Shown here: positions 1-12,742 of the stretch, piece by piece | Position numbering within the stretch: position 1 is the first letter of the stretch | How the letters are laid out: the number at the start of each line of letters is the position of its first letter | Assembly: GCA_965243205.1 (NCBI GenBank) | Contig: CBDEUK010000002.1 | Span: 288,001 to 352,000 of the forward strand | Length of the DNA: 64,000 nucleotides | Direction of reading: 5' to 3' | Source: Gammaproteobacteria bacterium | GTDB taxonomy: Bacteria; Pseudomonadota; Gammaproteobacteria; Eutrophobiales; Eutrophobiaceae | Translations under genes and position numbers: made by a program | Notes under the pieces: model-generated | Told to the model about the DNA's origin: nothing | Databases searched by the model: none | Seen by the model: only the letters and a program-made list of their open reading frames with translations

Positions 1-426
1 GAAGAAAATATACCTGAAGATGAACTCATCATAATGCGTATTACTTCCAAAGAAGATGATGAATTTAAAGGGTTAAAGCTATTGACTGCGACAAAAAATG
101 TTGAAATGAAATTTGGTAATATGAATATATTCCATCATTACGGTGTTGGAGATATGAAAACTGAAAAACCACTTTTTAGTTTAGCGAATATGTATGAGCC
201 TGGAGAATTTAACTTGCAAGAAATGGATAGCTTTACGACGAAAGGAATTGTTTTATATATGTCACTTCCAACTCCAATTGACGCAATGAGCAGTTTCGAA
301 TTGATGCTTAATACGTGTCAACGAATAGCGGATGATTTAGATGGCGAATTGAAAGGAGAACGTGGTGAGTTGGTAGATGATGCTGTGATCGATTCACTAC
401 GAGAAAAAGTTCGACGTTTTTCATAA
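1..426 (+). CDS. zipA: Cell division protein ZipA, C-terminal FtsZ-binding domain (5' truncated by window)
   Basis: Frame open from base 1; motifs FGNMNIFH, LFSLANMYEPGEF, TKGIVLYM typical of ZipA_C; directly upstream of ligA. Confidence 0.85.
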   Translation, partial: EENIPEDELIIMRITSKEDDEFKGLKLLTATKNVEMKFGNMNIFHHYGVGDMKTEKPLFSLANMYEPGEFNLQEMDSFTTKGIVLYMSLPTPIDAMSSFELMLNTCQRIADDLDGELKGERGELVDDAVIDSLREKVRRFS

Positions 427-2445
<2,019 letters not shown>

Positions 2446-2620
2446 TCAATAGTTACTTTGGGAATTTATAAAGCTACATGACTGCTATTTTATAAAATGA
2501 GAAATTGCAGTCAGATGTTAAAATAAACTACTGAAATTGAATGTTATTACTGATATTACTTTGTAATTTTTTACAACTGGGCTATGATTAAAATTCAGTA
2601 TAGCTATACAGTTTTAGTTA

Positions 2621-2881
2621 ATGAGGCTCAATATGAAAAATCGATTATTTAAACAACTTGGCCAAGGGATGACCGAATATATCATCATCATTGCTTTGAT
2701 TGCGATTGCAGCTATTGGTGCGTTCACTTTCTTTGGCGATGGTCTTAAAGGTACTATCGGCGTGGTTACCGAAGAACTGACAGGTAGTGATTCAGCTGCT
2801 ACTCAAGTGAACAAAGCTGGTTCTGAAGCAAGCGGGGCAGCCAATCGAGATATGTCAGATTTTACCGAAGGTGATAAATAA
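2621..2881 (+). CDS. flp: Flp family type IVb major pilin (start may be ATG at 2633)
   Basis: GQG|MTEYIIIIALIAIAAIG prepilin motif (E+5/Y+6); small; first gene of the tad locus. Confidence 0.9.
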   Translation: MRLNMKNRLFKQLGQGMTEYIIIIALIAIAAIGAFTFFGDGLKGTIGVVTEELTGSDSAATQVNKAGSEASGAANRDMSDFTEGDK

Positions 2882-2972
2882 CAAAACGGTTAAAGTTCTA
2901 GTTATTTTCTTCGCATAAGAATGATAAAACAGTATTTGTAGACAGATACTCTATCAATATCATTCAATTCTC

Positions 2973-3002
2973 CCTAACCGCTCATATCTCAGAGCGGTTA
3001 GG
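2973..3002 (+). terminator. Stem-loop after flp (terminator or mRNA stabiliser)
   Basis: CCTAACCGCTC-N8-GAGCGGTTAGG 11-bp perfect stem; only a weak U-tract follows. Confidence 0.6.
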
Positions 3003-3076
3003 AGTTCAACTTTTAATGTTTTCCTTTGGTATGAGTATGAATCGTCATAATTTACCAAGCTTGAAAGGAAATTAGA

Positions 3077-4936
3077 TTGGTTAAACTTCCACCAGCACTA
3101 AAAAAACAAAGCGGGCAATCCGCAGTGTTGGTTATTCTATTCTCTTTAATCTTATTAACTTCTACATTTGCCATGTTTAAAGCTGGCAAATTGACCACTA
3201 ATAAAATGCAGCTGCAAAATGCAGCTGATGCTGCTGTGTATAGTATGTCGGTTATAGAATCGAGAGATTTAAATTTCGCTTCTTATATGAATCGAGGCAT
3301 TGTTGCGAATGAGGTTGCTATTGGACAATTTGTCGGGCTTGCCTCATGGGCATATCATTTCAAATCATTTGCTGACTATGTCGATACCTACGATAAGTTT
3401 GTTTTATCTCCAATCACTCTAGGTACTTCAACACCAATAGTAACTGCGGTAACAGGTCCTTGGCGAGGGGCTGGGCAGTCCGCTATAACCGTCATGAGCA
3501 AACTTGCTAATGTTGCAACACTAGTTTTTCATAATATCAATAAAATTTATGGTTACTCTGAATTGGGTTATCACACTGTGAGTGTAATTTCTGCTGCAGG
3601 AGTTATCGATGATGTAATTACAGAAAATGGGCCGCCAGGCACCAAGGTTTCAGATTTTGGGATCATTTCACTCATTGCTCATGTGGCAACCTACGGTGTA
3701 TTGCCAAATCTGCCAGGTGAACAATTCGCGACCGGATATTTACCTGGTTCAAGAATGGATGTTGATGATTTTGGTAATGACGATAGTGGTTACGCAAGAT
3801 TAGCCGCATTGATAAGAGATTCACGTGATCCTTTTACAATGGCCAGAGGTTGGGAGCTAAGACCCCCCGGATTTCCTCTGGAAATCGAGTTACATCCTAG
3901 TTTTGGTATTGATATCGGAGTGGCTTCAGTTAGTTTCGGTTTTGATTTTGAATTGACGTTTGATCTTTCTTTAGAGCGTAAAGGTGGTAGTGAACTGAGA
4001 TTTGTTTTACCGGATAGTGGGAATATCACTGCGGGACAGCATGCAAACTGGTCGAGTGCTGATGCAACTGGATTATTTGTATTTATTGATTTCTTTTTTA
4101 GGGCATGGGCTGAAGCTTGTGTGGCGATACTCGGCTGTGCTGACATCAGTATTGGAGGTAGTTTTGAATTTGGCGATTCGAAAGCCAGTTTAGTGCTACA
4201 TGTACTAGGTCAAGATATTACGATTGTTCCTGAAATACCATTTCCAACATCCGCGCCATTTGGTTCTGGTTTTGCAGAAGTCGGTAAAAATTCGCCAAAT
4301 AATCTAGGTTTAGATGATATGGCTCTAGCATCACTAGGAGGTGTAGTTGAGACAGAGCGTTATGGAGAAGCGGCTAATAATATGTTGGCTTGGACATCTC
4401 CTGGGCCTGGTCCGATCCCACCAGTGGGTATTGGTTTTGCAGGTGCTCCACCTTATGAATCCATTTTGGGCTCTAGGGTAAATAAAAGCTACGCCGGTTT
4501 ACCTGCTTATGTAGATACTACAGGTAAAGGGCCATTTTTGGATATTGGTGCTCCATATATATTATTAGGTTTGGTACAAGATGAATCTGATTACGATACC
4601 TATTATAAAAATGATGGCACCGTTGAAAACTCACAAGAGCCAGCTGGGCGATTAAGACTGAATGAGTCTTTAGCCGATGATGAATTGGCGGTATTAGCAA
4701 AATCTGAGGTGTATTTCGCGAGACCGACGGATGCTCTGGCTTCACATTTTCATCGTGGAGATGATTTAGGAGAAACAGGCAGTGCCTTTAACCCATATTG
4801 GCAGGCTCGATTAGTAGATACTAGCTATGCGGATCGAACCTTGGCTTTAGCAATTCAACAAAAACAGGATTTTGTGAATTTGAGCAATTCATTTGATTCG
4901 CTTTTAAATAAGCTTTCATCGATACTTCCTTTTTAA
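3077..4936 (+). CDS. TadG-like pseudopilin/adhesin (Tad domain)
   Basis: GQS|AVLVILF leader, LQNAADAAVYS motif, C-terminal SEVYFARP...FNPYWQARL. Confidence 0.85.
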   Translation: MVKLPPALKKQSGQSAVLVILFSLILLTSTFAMFKAGKLTTNKMQLQNAADAAVYSMSVIESRDLNFASYMNRGIVANEVAIGQFVGLASWAYHFKSFADYVDTYDKFVLSPITLGTSTPIVTAVTGPWRGAGQSAITVMSKLANVATLVFHNINKIYGYSELGYHTVSVISAAGVIDDVITENGPPGTKVSDFGIISLIAHVATYGVLPNLPGEQFATGYLPGSRMDVDDFGNDDSGYARLAALIRDSRDPFTMARGWELRPPGFPLEIELHPSFGIDIGVASVSFGFDFELTFDLSLERKGGSELRFVLPDSGNITAGQHANWSSADATGLFVFIDFFFRAWAEACVAILGCADISIGGSFEFGDSKASLVLHVLGQDITIVPEIPFPTSAPFGSGFAEVGKNSPNNLGLDDMALASLGGVVETERYGEAANNMLAWTSPGPGPIPPVGIGFAGAPPYESILGSRVNKSYAGLPAYVDTTGKGPFLDIGAPYILLGLVQDESDYDTYYKNDGTVENSQEPAGRLRLNESLADDELAVLAKSEVYFARPTDALASHFHRGDDLGETGSAFNPYWQARLVDTSYADRTLALAIQQKQDFVNLSNSFDSLLNKLSSILPF

Positions 4937-4954
4937 ACTGAGATAATCATTAAA

Positions 4955-6070
4955 ATGAAGCAGCTGAAGAATTTAAAAGTAGATAATCAAGGTCAAGCTA
5001 TGACCGAGTTTATTATCAGTGCTTCTTTCTTTTTAATTCCTCTCTTTTTAGGTTTATCTCTGATCGCAAAATATATCGATATTAAACAAGCGAACGTACA
5101 AGCTGCGCGATATCAAGCATGGGAATATACGGTTTGGTTTGCTAACGATACTGAACGAGGCATTGATTATAATAGCGGTAGTATCAGTAATGGAGGTGAA
5201 GTTTCTGGCGGCTTTACCGAATTCGACTTGCCTGTGAAAACGACCGCGATAACACGCGATGAAGCAAAGCGCCGTTTCTATAGTAACCCTGGTAATGAAG
5301 ATACGACTTTAGAGATTAACTCTAGCGATGGTATCACTGGTTGGGAAACGGCTACTGCGAATCCATTATGGAAAGATCATACTGGCATGCGTTTATATCA
5401 AGGTGTCGATGGTAGTGGTTCGGTTCTGACAAGTTCTACTGAAACACCTACCTTGCCGGTTGTTGGCGATGTTATGAATTTTATTTTAGAAGGTATTGGA
5501 CTTGTGTTTGGGGTTGTAGCAGATTTAATGTCGGCTATTGGTTCGAATGTTGGTTTTAATGCTATTACAACGGAAGGTTATGCGATGTCCACAGAGTCAA
5601 TGCGCATCGCTAGACCGGCAAACTATCGAACGCTTTTGGGATTAGATGATAGCTTAGCTACTAATTCGATTGCTGCCAGTGATTTTAATTTCATGTCAAA
5701 GGCATCTGTGTTATCTGATGGATGGAATGCGGGTGGTAAAGAACATACCTATAACCAAGTTGGTGGTATGGTGCCTACGACATTATTAAATGAATTATTT
5801 AACCAAATACCGGGCTTTACAACAATTTGGAATATTGCTTCAGTTTTGGCTCCTGAGTTACGTTTATGTAACCCTGGACCGCCTTGGCCCAGTGATGATA
5901 AAGGTAGTCTTTGGTTAGGTCATATTGATATTGATGCTGTTCATCCTGATCGACTGGTTCCTGATCTTAGTAAACCAGACGAAAACAATGGTACTCATCA
6001 ATGCGAGAATGGTTTTTGCGATTTTGATCCAGTTGTTCCACGTACAGAGGATTCTCGAACATGTCGATAA
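4955..6070 (+). CDS. TadE-like pseudopilin
   Basis: GQA|MTEF prepilin motif, AARYQAWE, Cys-rich C-terminus. Confidence 0.85.
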   Translation: MKQLKNLKVDNQGQAMTEFIISASFFLIPLFLGLSLIAKYIDIKQANVQAARYQAWEYTVWFANDTERGIDYNSGSISNGGEVSGGFTEFDLPVKTTAITRDEAKRRFYSNPGNEDTTLEINSSDGITGWETATANPLWKDHTGMRLYQGVDGSGSVLTSSTETPTLPVVGDVMNFILEGIGLVFGVVADLMSAIGSNVGFNAITTEGYAMSTESMRIARPANYRTLLGLDDSLATNSIAASDFNFMSKASVLSDGWNAGGKEHTYNQVGGMVPTTLLNELFNQIPGFTTIWNIASVLAPELRLCNPGPPWPSDDKGSLWLGHIDIDAVHPDRLVPDLSKPDENNGTHQCENGFCDFDPVVPRTEDSRTCR

Positions 6071-6819
6071 TCAAAGGTGCAACTTTGATTAAAAGCATCT
6101 TATTCAACAAGAATAAAAAATATGTATTATTTATTTCGTTAAGTATCTTATTATTCCCAAACCTATCTTCTGCAGGTAAACCTGATTTTCCTGCTCCGCC
6201 AGACGCAGCGGTGGAGACTGTAGCTAATAATATGAGTGTTAACGGAATAAAATCTGATATCCGTGCATTTCATACCAGTGATTCCATCGAAGAGGTGGTC
6301 GAGTTTTATCGAAGTGAATGGAAACGGCCTATCAAAAAAGGTATGCCTGGGTTTATGGAAACCATCGATGCTGCTCCTTGGTATATCATCAGTCGTATAG
6401 AAGATGATTATTTAATGACGGTCCAGGTCCAAGTTAAGGCAAACGATAAATCGGGTTCATGGGGTTACCTTTCTATCAGTCCTCTTCCAGAACCAGATTC
6501 TAGAGCACCAGAGCTTGGTAAAACTGTACCGAAAATTTCAGGGAGTATAGTGATGAATGAGATGAAGCATGATGATCCTGGTAAAAAAGGTACCACTACC
6601 ATTATCTCTAATACTCATTCCGTAAAGAACAATGCTGATTATTATCAAAATCATTATCGTGGCAAAGGTTGGACAGAAGAAACAAATCAGCGCTTAGGCA
6701 CAGATGAAGGACATTCATTAGTCTACAAGACAAGACGAGATCGCGTTACTATTATGATTCTTAAAGATAAGCATTATACTCGTGTGGTACTTAACTCAGT
6801 AAAAAACACATTATTTTAG
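6061..6819 (+). CDS. Exported Tad-locus protein of unknown function
   Basis: Signal peptide (LSSA|GK); two similar halves (EFYRSEW / DYYQNHY..GW); operonic. Confidence 0.7.
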   Translation: MSIIKGATLIKSILFNKNKKYVLFISLSILLFPNLSSAGKPDFPAPPDAAVETVANNMSVNGIKSDIRAFHTSDSIEEVVEFYRSEWKRPIKKGMPGFMETIDAAPWYIISRIEDDYLMTVQVQVKANDKSGSWGYLSISPLPEPDSRAPELGKTVPKISGSIVMNEMKHDDPGKKGTTTIISNTHSVKNNADYYQNHYRGKGWTEETNQRLGTDEGHSLVYKTRRDRVTIMILKDKHYTRVVLNSVKNTLF

Positions 6820-6835
6820 TGATAAAGAAATTTAT

Positions 6836-7198
6836 ATGATGAATTTAAATAAGCTTAAACGAAATCAATGTGGACAAGGTATGGTTGAATACGTTGTGGT
6901 GCTTATGTTTGGGGTTATGGTTTTAACTATCGGGCCAGGGGGAGATATATTGCTAGACTTATTAGCTGTCTTGCATGATAACCATCAAGGTTATTCTTAC
7001 GCTACATCTCTATCGGATTTGCCGCAACACGATAATCTCGGCGAGTATATTCTTGAAGCTAATGGCGAAGACATCACGGCCGTTGAAAATAAATTAAAAC
7101 AGTTATACGACTCTGTTCCTTCATCACCTACATTTGAATTTCCAAATGATTTACCACCCAATGCGTCTGATATAACGGATGGTTTATCATTCTTTTAA
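6836..7198 (+). CDS. Minor Flp/TadE-like pilin
   Basis: GQG|MVEYVVVLMFGVMVL prepilin motif. Confidence 0.8.
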   Translation: MMNLNKLKRNQCGQGMVEYVVVLMFGVMVLTIGPGGDILLDLLAVLHDNHQGYSYATSLSDLPQHDNLGEYILEANGEDITAVENKLKQLYDSVPSSPTFEFPNDLPPNASDITDGLSFF

Positions 7199-7239
7199 CA
7201 CTTTTATCTTGTAACCATCAAAATTAATAAAAAAATAAA

Positions 7240-9366
7240 ATGGCTAAATCAGAAGAAAAAACCAGCATTCAATTAATCGTCGGTGCAGTGGGTTTTGGTA
7301 TTGTTGCTGCGTTATTAGCAATGCTTTACTTAAACGCAAAAGAAGCACAACTTAAGAAAAAATACGAACAAGACCAAGCACAAACACTACGTGTCGTTGT
7401 AGCCAATCAAGATTTATTTAAAGGCCAGGAAATTACCAAAGATTTATTCAGTGCACGTAGAGTGCCTGAACCATATGTACATGCGGATGCTATTTTCCCA
7501 GCTGATTTTGATCAATATCTTGGTCGTTCTTTAGTTGCTGATTTAGCAAGAGGTAAGACTTTATTAAAAAGTTTTATGGATGAAGATTTTCCCAGAGATT
7601 TCTCAGATATTATTGCTGAAGGTAAACGAGCAATGACCATTACTGTTGATGATATAAATTCGATTGGTGGTTTTTTGCGTCCAGGTAATCGTATCGATCT
7701 TTTCGTCAATATTCCTTATGCCGCTTCAGGTTTTAGTACAGATGTCTTTGCTACTGCAAAAGAAGAAGGTTTATTAGAATTATTACCCGACGAAATTTTA
7801 GCATCTATACCCTCTGAACTACTTGATGCAGCCAGTGACTTAGATGATCCAACAAGCTTATTAGGTGGTATAGCGCCTGATGATGTCATCATTCCAGTTT
7901 TACAAAATATTACCGTACTCGCGGCAGGCCGAGATCCTTATCGCGAAACCTTAGATGCATTAAGACAACCACAACGTCGAACCGAATCCAGTTTTTCACA
8001 CATAACGGTTGAAGTTGATCCACAGCAAGCTGCACTCATTACAATTGCACAAGATAAAGGTGAAATCGTAACGTTGTTACGTAATCGTTATGATGAAAGT
8101 GCATCGGAATTTACAACTGTAAGTTCACCTGATTTATTTGAAAATGCATCTCGAATGGCCAGTCTTGAAAAAGATCGCGCTTCAAGAGCCAGTGTTGCAG
8201 CAGGAGTTGATGTTAATGGTAATTTAGTTGATGCCGATGGCAATAAATTAATGACTCGACAACAACTAAAAGATGCTGGTTATACCGTTAATGCAGACGG
8301 TCAGATTGTTGATAAAGACGGTAATGTAGTTGATCCAAACGATCTTGTACTTGGGCCAGACGGCAATGTCATGACAAAACAACAACTAGCAGAAGCCGGA
8401 ATTACAGTTAATGAGAGTGGACAATTGATTGATGAAAACGGCAATGTGATTGATAGTAATGATGTTGTCGTTGGTAATGACGGCAAGATAATGACTAAAG
8501 ATCAACTTGCAGCTTCTGGATTAAGCGTTAATGAAAACGGCGAGATTGTGGATGAAAACGGCAAGGTCATTAATAGCAGTGATATGGTTGTCGCTAAGGA
8601 TGGCAGCGTTATTACCAAAGATCAATTAGCAGCTGCTGGTTACAGTATTAACGAAAATGGTGAGATCGTTGATAAAGACGGCAACGTAGTCCAACCTGAA
8701 GATTTAATCATTGCTGCTGATGGCAGCGTGTTAAATGAAAAACAATTAGCGGATGCAGGTTTAAAAGTGAATGAGTTTGGTCAAATCGTTGATGAGAACG
8801 GTAATGTTGTTGATCCAAAAACATTGGTCGTTGCTTCTGATGGTTCTGTTATCAATAGTAAACAACTTAAAGCTGCTGGTTTAAGTATTGATGAAGATGG
8901 CAATATTGTTGATAAAAATGGAAACATAGTCGATCAAGATGATTTGATTACATCTGCTAACGGGGAAATATTAAGTAAACAGCAGTTAAAAGATGCTGGT
9001 ATTAAGGTTGGAGCCAGTCTTGATGCAAACGGAAACTTACTTGATGCTAGTGGAAAAATTATAGCCAGCAGAGCTCAATTAGAAGCTGCGGGTTATCGTA
9101 TCAATGAGAATGGTCAAATAATTGATAAAGATGGCAATGTTATTGACCCATCAAATATTATGGTTTCAGCAACGGGTGAAATTCTAACAGCCGATAGAAT
9201 TACTCAAATTGCTAAGGAACAAACAATTTTAGGCACTAAGGGTAAATCAAACAGTTATGAATTGATTATTGGAGGCTCTAGTGAAGATGGAGAGGCTAAA
9301 AAATCGAGAAAATCACTTTCTGAAGATGAGTCTGAAAAGGTAAAAGAAACTTCAGAAAAGAAATAA
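7240..9366 (+). CDS. cpaB: Flp pilus assembly protein CpaB/RcpC with long repeat insertion
   Basis: N-terminal TM, SAF domain (VVVANQDL), GKRAMTITVD..GGFLRPGNRIDL RcpC motif. Confidence 0.9.
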   Translation: MAKSEEKTSIQLIVGAVGFGIVAALLAMLYLNAKEAQLKKKYEQDQAQTLRVVVANQDLFKGQEITKDLFSARRVPEPYVHADAIFPADFDQYLGRSLVADLARGKTLLKSFMDEDFPRDFSDIIAEGKRAMTITVDDINSIGGFLRPGNRIDLFVNIPYAASGFSTDVFATAKEEGLLELLPDEILASIPSELLDAASDLDDPTSLLGGIAPDDVIIPVLQNITVLAAGRDPYRETLDALRQPQRRTESSFSHITVEVDPQQAALITIAQDKGEIVTLLRNRYDESASEFTTVSSPDLFENASRMASLEKDRASRASVAAGVDVNGNLVDADGNKLMTRQQLKDAGYTVNADGQIVDKDGNVVDPNDLVLGPDGNVMTKQQLAEAGITVNESGQLIDENGNVIDSNDVVVGNDGKIMTKDQLAASGLSVNENGEIVDENGKVINSSDMVVAKDGSVITKDQLAAAGYSINENGEIVDKDGNVVQPEDLIIAADGSVLNEKQLADAGLKVNEFGQIVDENGNVVDPKTLVVASDGSVINSKQLKAAGLSIDEDGNIVDKNGNIVDQDDLITSANGEILSKQQLKDAGIKVGASLDANGNLLDASGKIIASRAQLEAAGYRINENGQIIDKDGNVIDPSNIMVSATGEILTADRITQIAKEQTILGTKGKSNSYELIIGGSSEDGEAKKSRKSLSEDESEKVKETSEKK
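8251..9190 (+). repeat. About 8 tandem 40-aa (120-bp) repeats within cpaB
   Basis: Unit such as MTKQQLAEAGITVNESGQLIDENGNVIDSNDVVVGNDGKI; eight QLxxxG anchors, one unit variant. Confidence 0.95.
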
Positions 9367-9421
9367 CTTTACATAATTATTATTAGATATAAACAACACT
9401 CATTCGTGGGAATATAAGACT

Positions 9422-10924
9422 ATGTTTAAAAGAATAATCATCGCAATAAGCTTTTTAGTCGTTGCCAATTACTGTATCGCTGGCACCAAGCTTGAGCTTA
9501 ATCAAGGTGAAATCAAGATCTTAAAATTATCAAATATCGAACGAGTTGCTATTGGTAATCCTGCGGCAGTGAGTTATTCCATTTTGGAAAGTGGACAGCT
9601 TTTATTAATTGCTGAGGCAGCAGGAAGTTCTGATGTGCATGTTTGGTTTTATGATGGAGAAGAAACAGAGTACTCAATTCATGTTATCGAAAGTGCATCG
9701 AACTTAGTACAGAAAAAAAATGAAGTAGAAAAATTACTGGCTGATATTTATGGATTGGATATAAAAATTGTCGGTGATCGTATTGTTTTAAGTGGAGATA
9801 TAGGTTTTGGTGATGAAGCAAAAATACAAACGGTAGTCGATGCCTATGAAGAAGTACTGAATAGTACTAATTTTGGTATAAACGATTTACGTAGGAAGAG
9901 AGATGAAATAGCTGATATGTTGTCATCTGCTGAAGGGTTATTGGTTAAGATAGTTGGTGACAAGATTATATTAAAAGGTGTGATTGATAATAGTTTTGAA
10001 GAACCAATAGAAACTGTGAAAAGTGTTTATCCTGAATTATTAGATCTAACTCAACGAGCAAGCCTGGATGTAGAATCACCTGATAATAAAATGGTGTTAA
10101 TGAATATCAAGATAACTGAATTCGCTAAAAATTATCTTGATTCTTTAGGTATTAATTGGCAAACAACAATAGCGGGCCCTACCGCTGGGTTTGCATTCAC
10201 TCCGCAAAGCAATGATACATTTAGAGCATTAAATCAACCTGGAGATGATGGACTTGGAGCTGCTAGTTTTCAAGGTGCGCTTTCTAGTACGGCTGGACGA
10301 AGTGCGCTCGGTTATTTTGGAATTGCTTCTGAGATTACTTCACGTATCAATTTTGCAGTAAGCTCAGGCGATGCACTTATCTTAGCTGAACCAAGGCTTG
10401 CAGCGAGAAGCGGTGGAGAGGCTACTTTTCTTTCAGGCGGTGAATTTCCTATACAGATTTCTAATATTAATGGTACAACAATAGAATTTAAAGAGTTTGG
10501 AATTCAGTTAGGAATAGCTCCAGTTGTTGATCGTAATAATGTTGTCAGAGCGTTTGTATCTACAGAAATTAGTTCAATAAATAATGCCGTAGCGGTTGCA
10601 GGTGTTCCAGGGTTGAATACCCGTCAAACTCAAGCCGATGTTATTTTGCGGTCAGGTGAAACATTGGTTATGTCAGGTTTGTTAAATCAAGAAGCTAGTA
10701 AAGATATTTCCGGTATAAAATTTTTAAAAGATGTTCCTGTACTAGGTGCTTTGTTTCGTTCTGAAAATTTTCGGGATAATAAAACTGAGTTGGTAATTTT
10801 TGTTACACCAGAAGTATTCGATTCGAGTTCTGAACAGAATATAAACGCAATAAAATCAGCTAATGAGAATGTTGAAGCTTTTATTGAAGCTGTCGATGAA
10901 GATTCTCTAGATATAGTATATTAA
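9422..10924 (+). CDS. cpaC: Tad secretin RcpA/CpaC
   Basis: RVAIGNP pilus N-domain; LAEPRL..SGGEFP, FKEFGI, VPVLGALFRS, ELVIFVTP secretin motifs. Confidence 0.93.
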   Translation: MFKRIIIAISFLVVANYCIAGTKLELNQGEIKILKLSNIERVAIGNPAAVSYSILESGQLLLIAEAAGSSDVHVWFYDGEETEYSIHVIESASNLVQKKNEVEKLLADIYGLDIKIVGDRIVLSGDIGFGDEAKIQTVVDAYEEVLNSTNFGINDLRRKRDEIADMLSSAEGLLVKIVGDKIILKGVIDNSFEEPIETVKSVYPELLDLTQRASLDVESPDNKMVLMNIKITEFAKNYLDSLGINWQTTIAGPTAGFAFTPQSNDTFRALNQPGDDGLGAASFQGALSSTAGRSALGYFGIASEITSRINFAVSSGDALILAEPRLAARSGGEATFLSGGEFPIQISNINGTTIEFKEFGIQLGIAPVVDRNNVVRAFVSTEISSINNAVAVAGVPGLNTRQTQADVILRSGETLVMSGLLNQEASKDISGIKFLKDVPVLGALFRSENFRDNKTELVIFVTPEVFDSSSEQNINAIKSANENVEAFIEAVDEDSLDIVY

Positions 10925-10939
10925 TAAGAGAAGCCAGAT

Positions 10940-12733
10940 ATGTTTCATGTTTTAGTAAGCAATAGTAAAGGTGAGCGGTTACAAAATTTTAAATGCACCG
11001 TTAATGAATGTCCTATTGGTAAAGCTAGAGATAACTTTATTCAATTACGTGGTTGGAAAGTCGCAAATCATCACGCAGTTATTACACGTACCTCAGAAGG
11101 TTTGTTTATAGAAAGTAAAACTAATAAATCTAATATTGAAGTTAACGGTAAAGATGTTGAGCATTATGGGCCAATAAGCACATCAGATAAAATTAATATC
11201 GCTGGATACTATATACAAGCTGGCTTAGCTGAAAGAGTCGATAATGAAGATGCTCCTGCAGTAAGTCATAATGTTAATTCTGAGATTGATATAAATTTAA
11301 CTGAAAAAGTTAGTTTAGATGATACTCTTAATGAAAATAAAAAGATTAACTTAGATGAAACTCTTGAGACAGAATTTTTATTAAAAACGGTTCATGGTTT
11401 TAATGTTAATGGTGACGATGATGATGACGGTCCTGAGGAACATAGCCAAACTCTCATTGATATAAAACATAGTGAAAAATTTAAATGGCGTAACAGAGTT
11501 CACGAAGAATTATTGTCAGCAATGGATTTGCGTAGAACGGATATTAGCAGCATGGATGAAACTGAGTTACGAAAACACGTTCAAAAATTAATCGGTGAAA
11601 TTATTGCTGAGCTGGGGTCTAAAATTCCTAGTAGTGTTAATAAAGAAAAATTAGCCATTGATGTATTAAATGAAGCCGTTGGTTTAGGACCGTTAGAAGA
11701 ATTATTGGCCGATGAAAACGTTACTGAAATTATGCTAAATAAATTCGATGAAATATTCATTGAAAAATCTGGCAAATTAACCTTATCTGATATTTCATTT
11801 TCCAGTGATGAAGCAGTATTAACGGCAATAGAACGTATTGTTTCTCCTTTAGGTAGAAGAATTGATGAAAGTTCTCCTTTAGTTGATGCGCGATTGAAAG
11901 ATGGTTCTCGTGTTAATGCGATCATTCCTCCTTTAGCTTTACGTGGACCTTGTTTAACTATTCGAAAATTTGCAAAGCAAAAATTAGTTGCAAAAGACTT
12001 AATTAATTTCGGCGCTTTAAATGAAGATATGGTTAACTTTTTAGAAACTGCTGTAAAGAATCATATGAACATTCTTATTTCAGGTGGTACAGGTAGTGGT
12101 AAAACGACCTTGTTAAACGTGTTATCAAATTTTATTCCACCGAGCGAACGTATTATCACTGTTGAAGATGCAGCCGAATTAAAATTAGTACAACCCCACT
12201 TAGTGAGTCTTGAAGCCCGACCTGCTAATTTGGAAGGCAAGGGTGCTATACCAATTCGTGATTTAGTAAAAAACTGTTTACGTATGCGACCTGATAGAAT
12301 TGTTGTTGGTGAGTGTCGTAGTGGCGAAACCTTAGATATGTTACAGGCTATGAATACAGGTCATGATGGTTCATTAACAACTGCACATGCTAACTCACCT
12401 AGAGACATGATCGCACGTTTAGAAGTGATGGTGATGATGTCTGGTTTAGACTTACCTGTTGCTGCAATTAGAGAAATGGTAGCTTCAGCGATACATTTAA
12501 TAGTGCAAATTGCACGATTTTCTGATGGAAGCCGTCGTGTAACCAATATTACTGAGATCACAGGTGTAGAATCAGGCATAGTATCTATGCAAGATGTATT
12601 TCGTTATCAACAAGAAGGTTTTGATGAACAGGGAAAAGTGAAAGGGTATTTCGAAGCAACTGGAGTTATTCCTCATTTTTATGAAGAAATGCGCCAACGT
12701 GGCCTGCCAGTCGATATGTCTATTTTTTCTTGA
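10940..12733 (+). CDS. tadA: TadA/CpaF assembly ATPase with N-terminal FHA domain
   Basis: GGTGSGKTT, LRMRPDRIVVGECR, AMNTGHDGS; FHA-like N-terminus (IGK...VANHHA...VNG). Confidence 0.95.
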   Translation: MFHVLVSNSKGERLQNFKCTVNECPIGKARDNFIQLRGWKVANHHAVITRTSEGLFIESKTNKSNIEVNGKDVEHYGPISTSDKINIAGYYIQAGLAERVDNEDAPAVSHNVNSEIDINLTEKVSLDDTLNENKKINLDETLETEFLLKTVHGFNVNGDDDDDGPEEHSQTLIDIKHSEKFKWRNRVHEELLSAMDLRRTDISSMDETELRKHVQKLIGEIIAELGSKIPSSVNKEKLAIDVLNEAVGLGPLEELLADENVTEIMLNKFDEIFIEKSGKLTLSDISFSSDEAVLTAIERIVSPLGRRIDESSPLVDARLKDGSRVNAIIPPLALRGPCLTIRKFAKQKLVAKDLINFGALNEDMVNFLETAVKNHMNILISGGTGSGKTTLLNVLSNFIPPSERIITVEDAAELKLVQPHLVSLEARPANLEGKGAIPIRDLVKNCLRMRPDRIVVGECRSGETLDMLQAMNTGHDGSLTTAHANSPRDMIARLEVMVMMSGLDLPVAAIREMVASAIHLIVQIARFSDGSRRVTNITEITGVESGIVSMQDVFRYQQEGFDEQGKVKGYFEATGVIPHFYEEMRQRGLPVDMSIFS

Positions 12734-12742
12734 GATAGAATT

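Noticed and set aside
8251-9190. CRISPR-like or DNA-level repeat array
   Set aside because: Repeats are in frame, diverged at synonymous sites and have no spacers; protein repeats only
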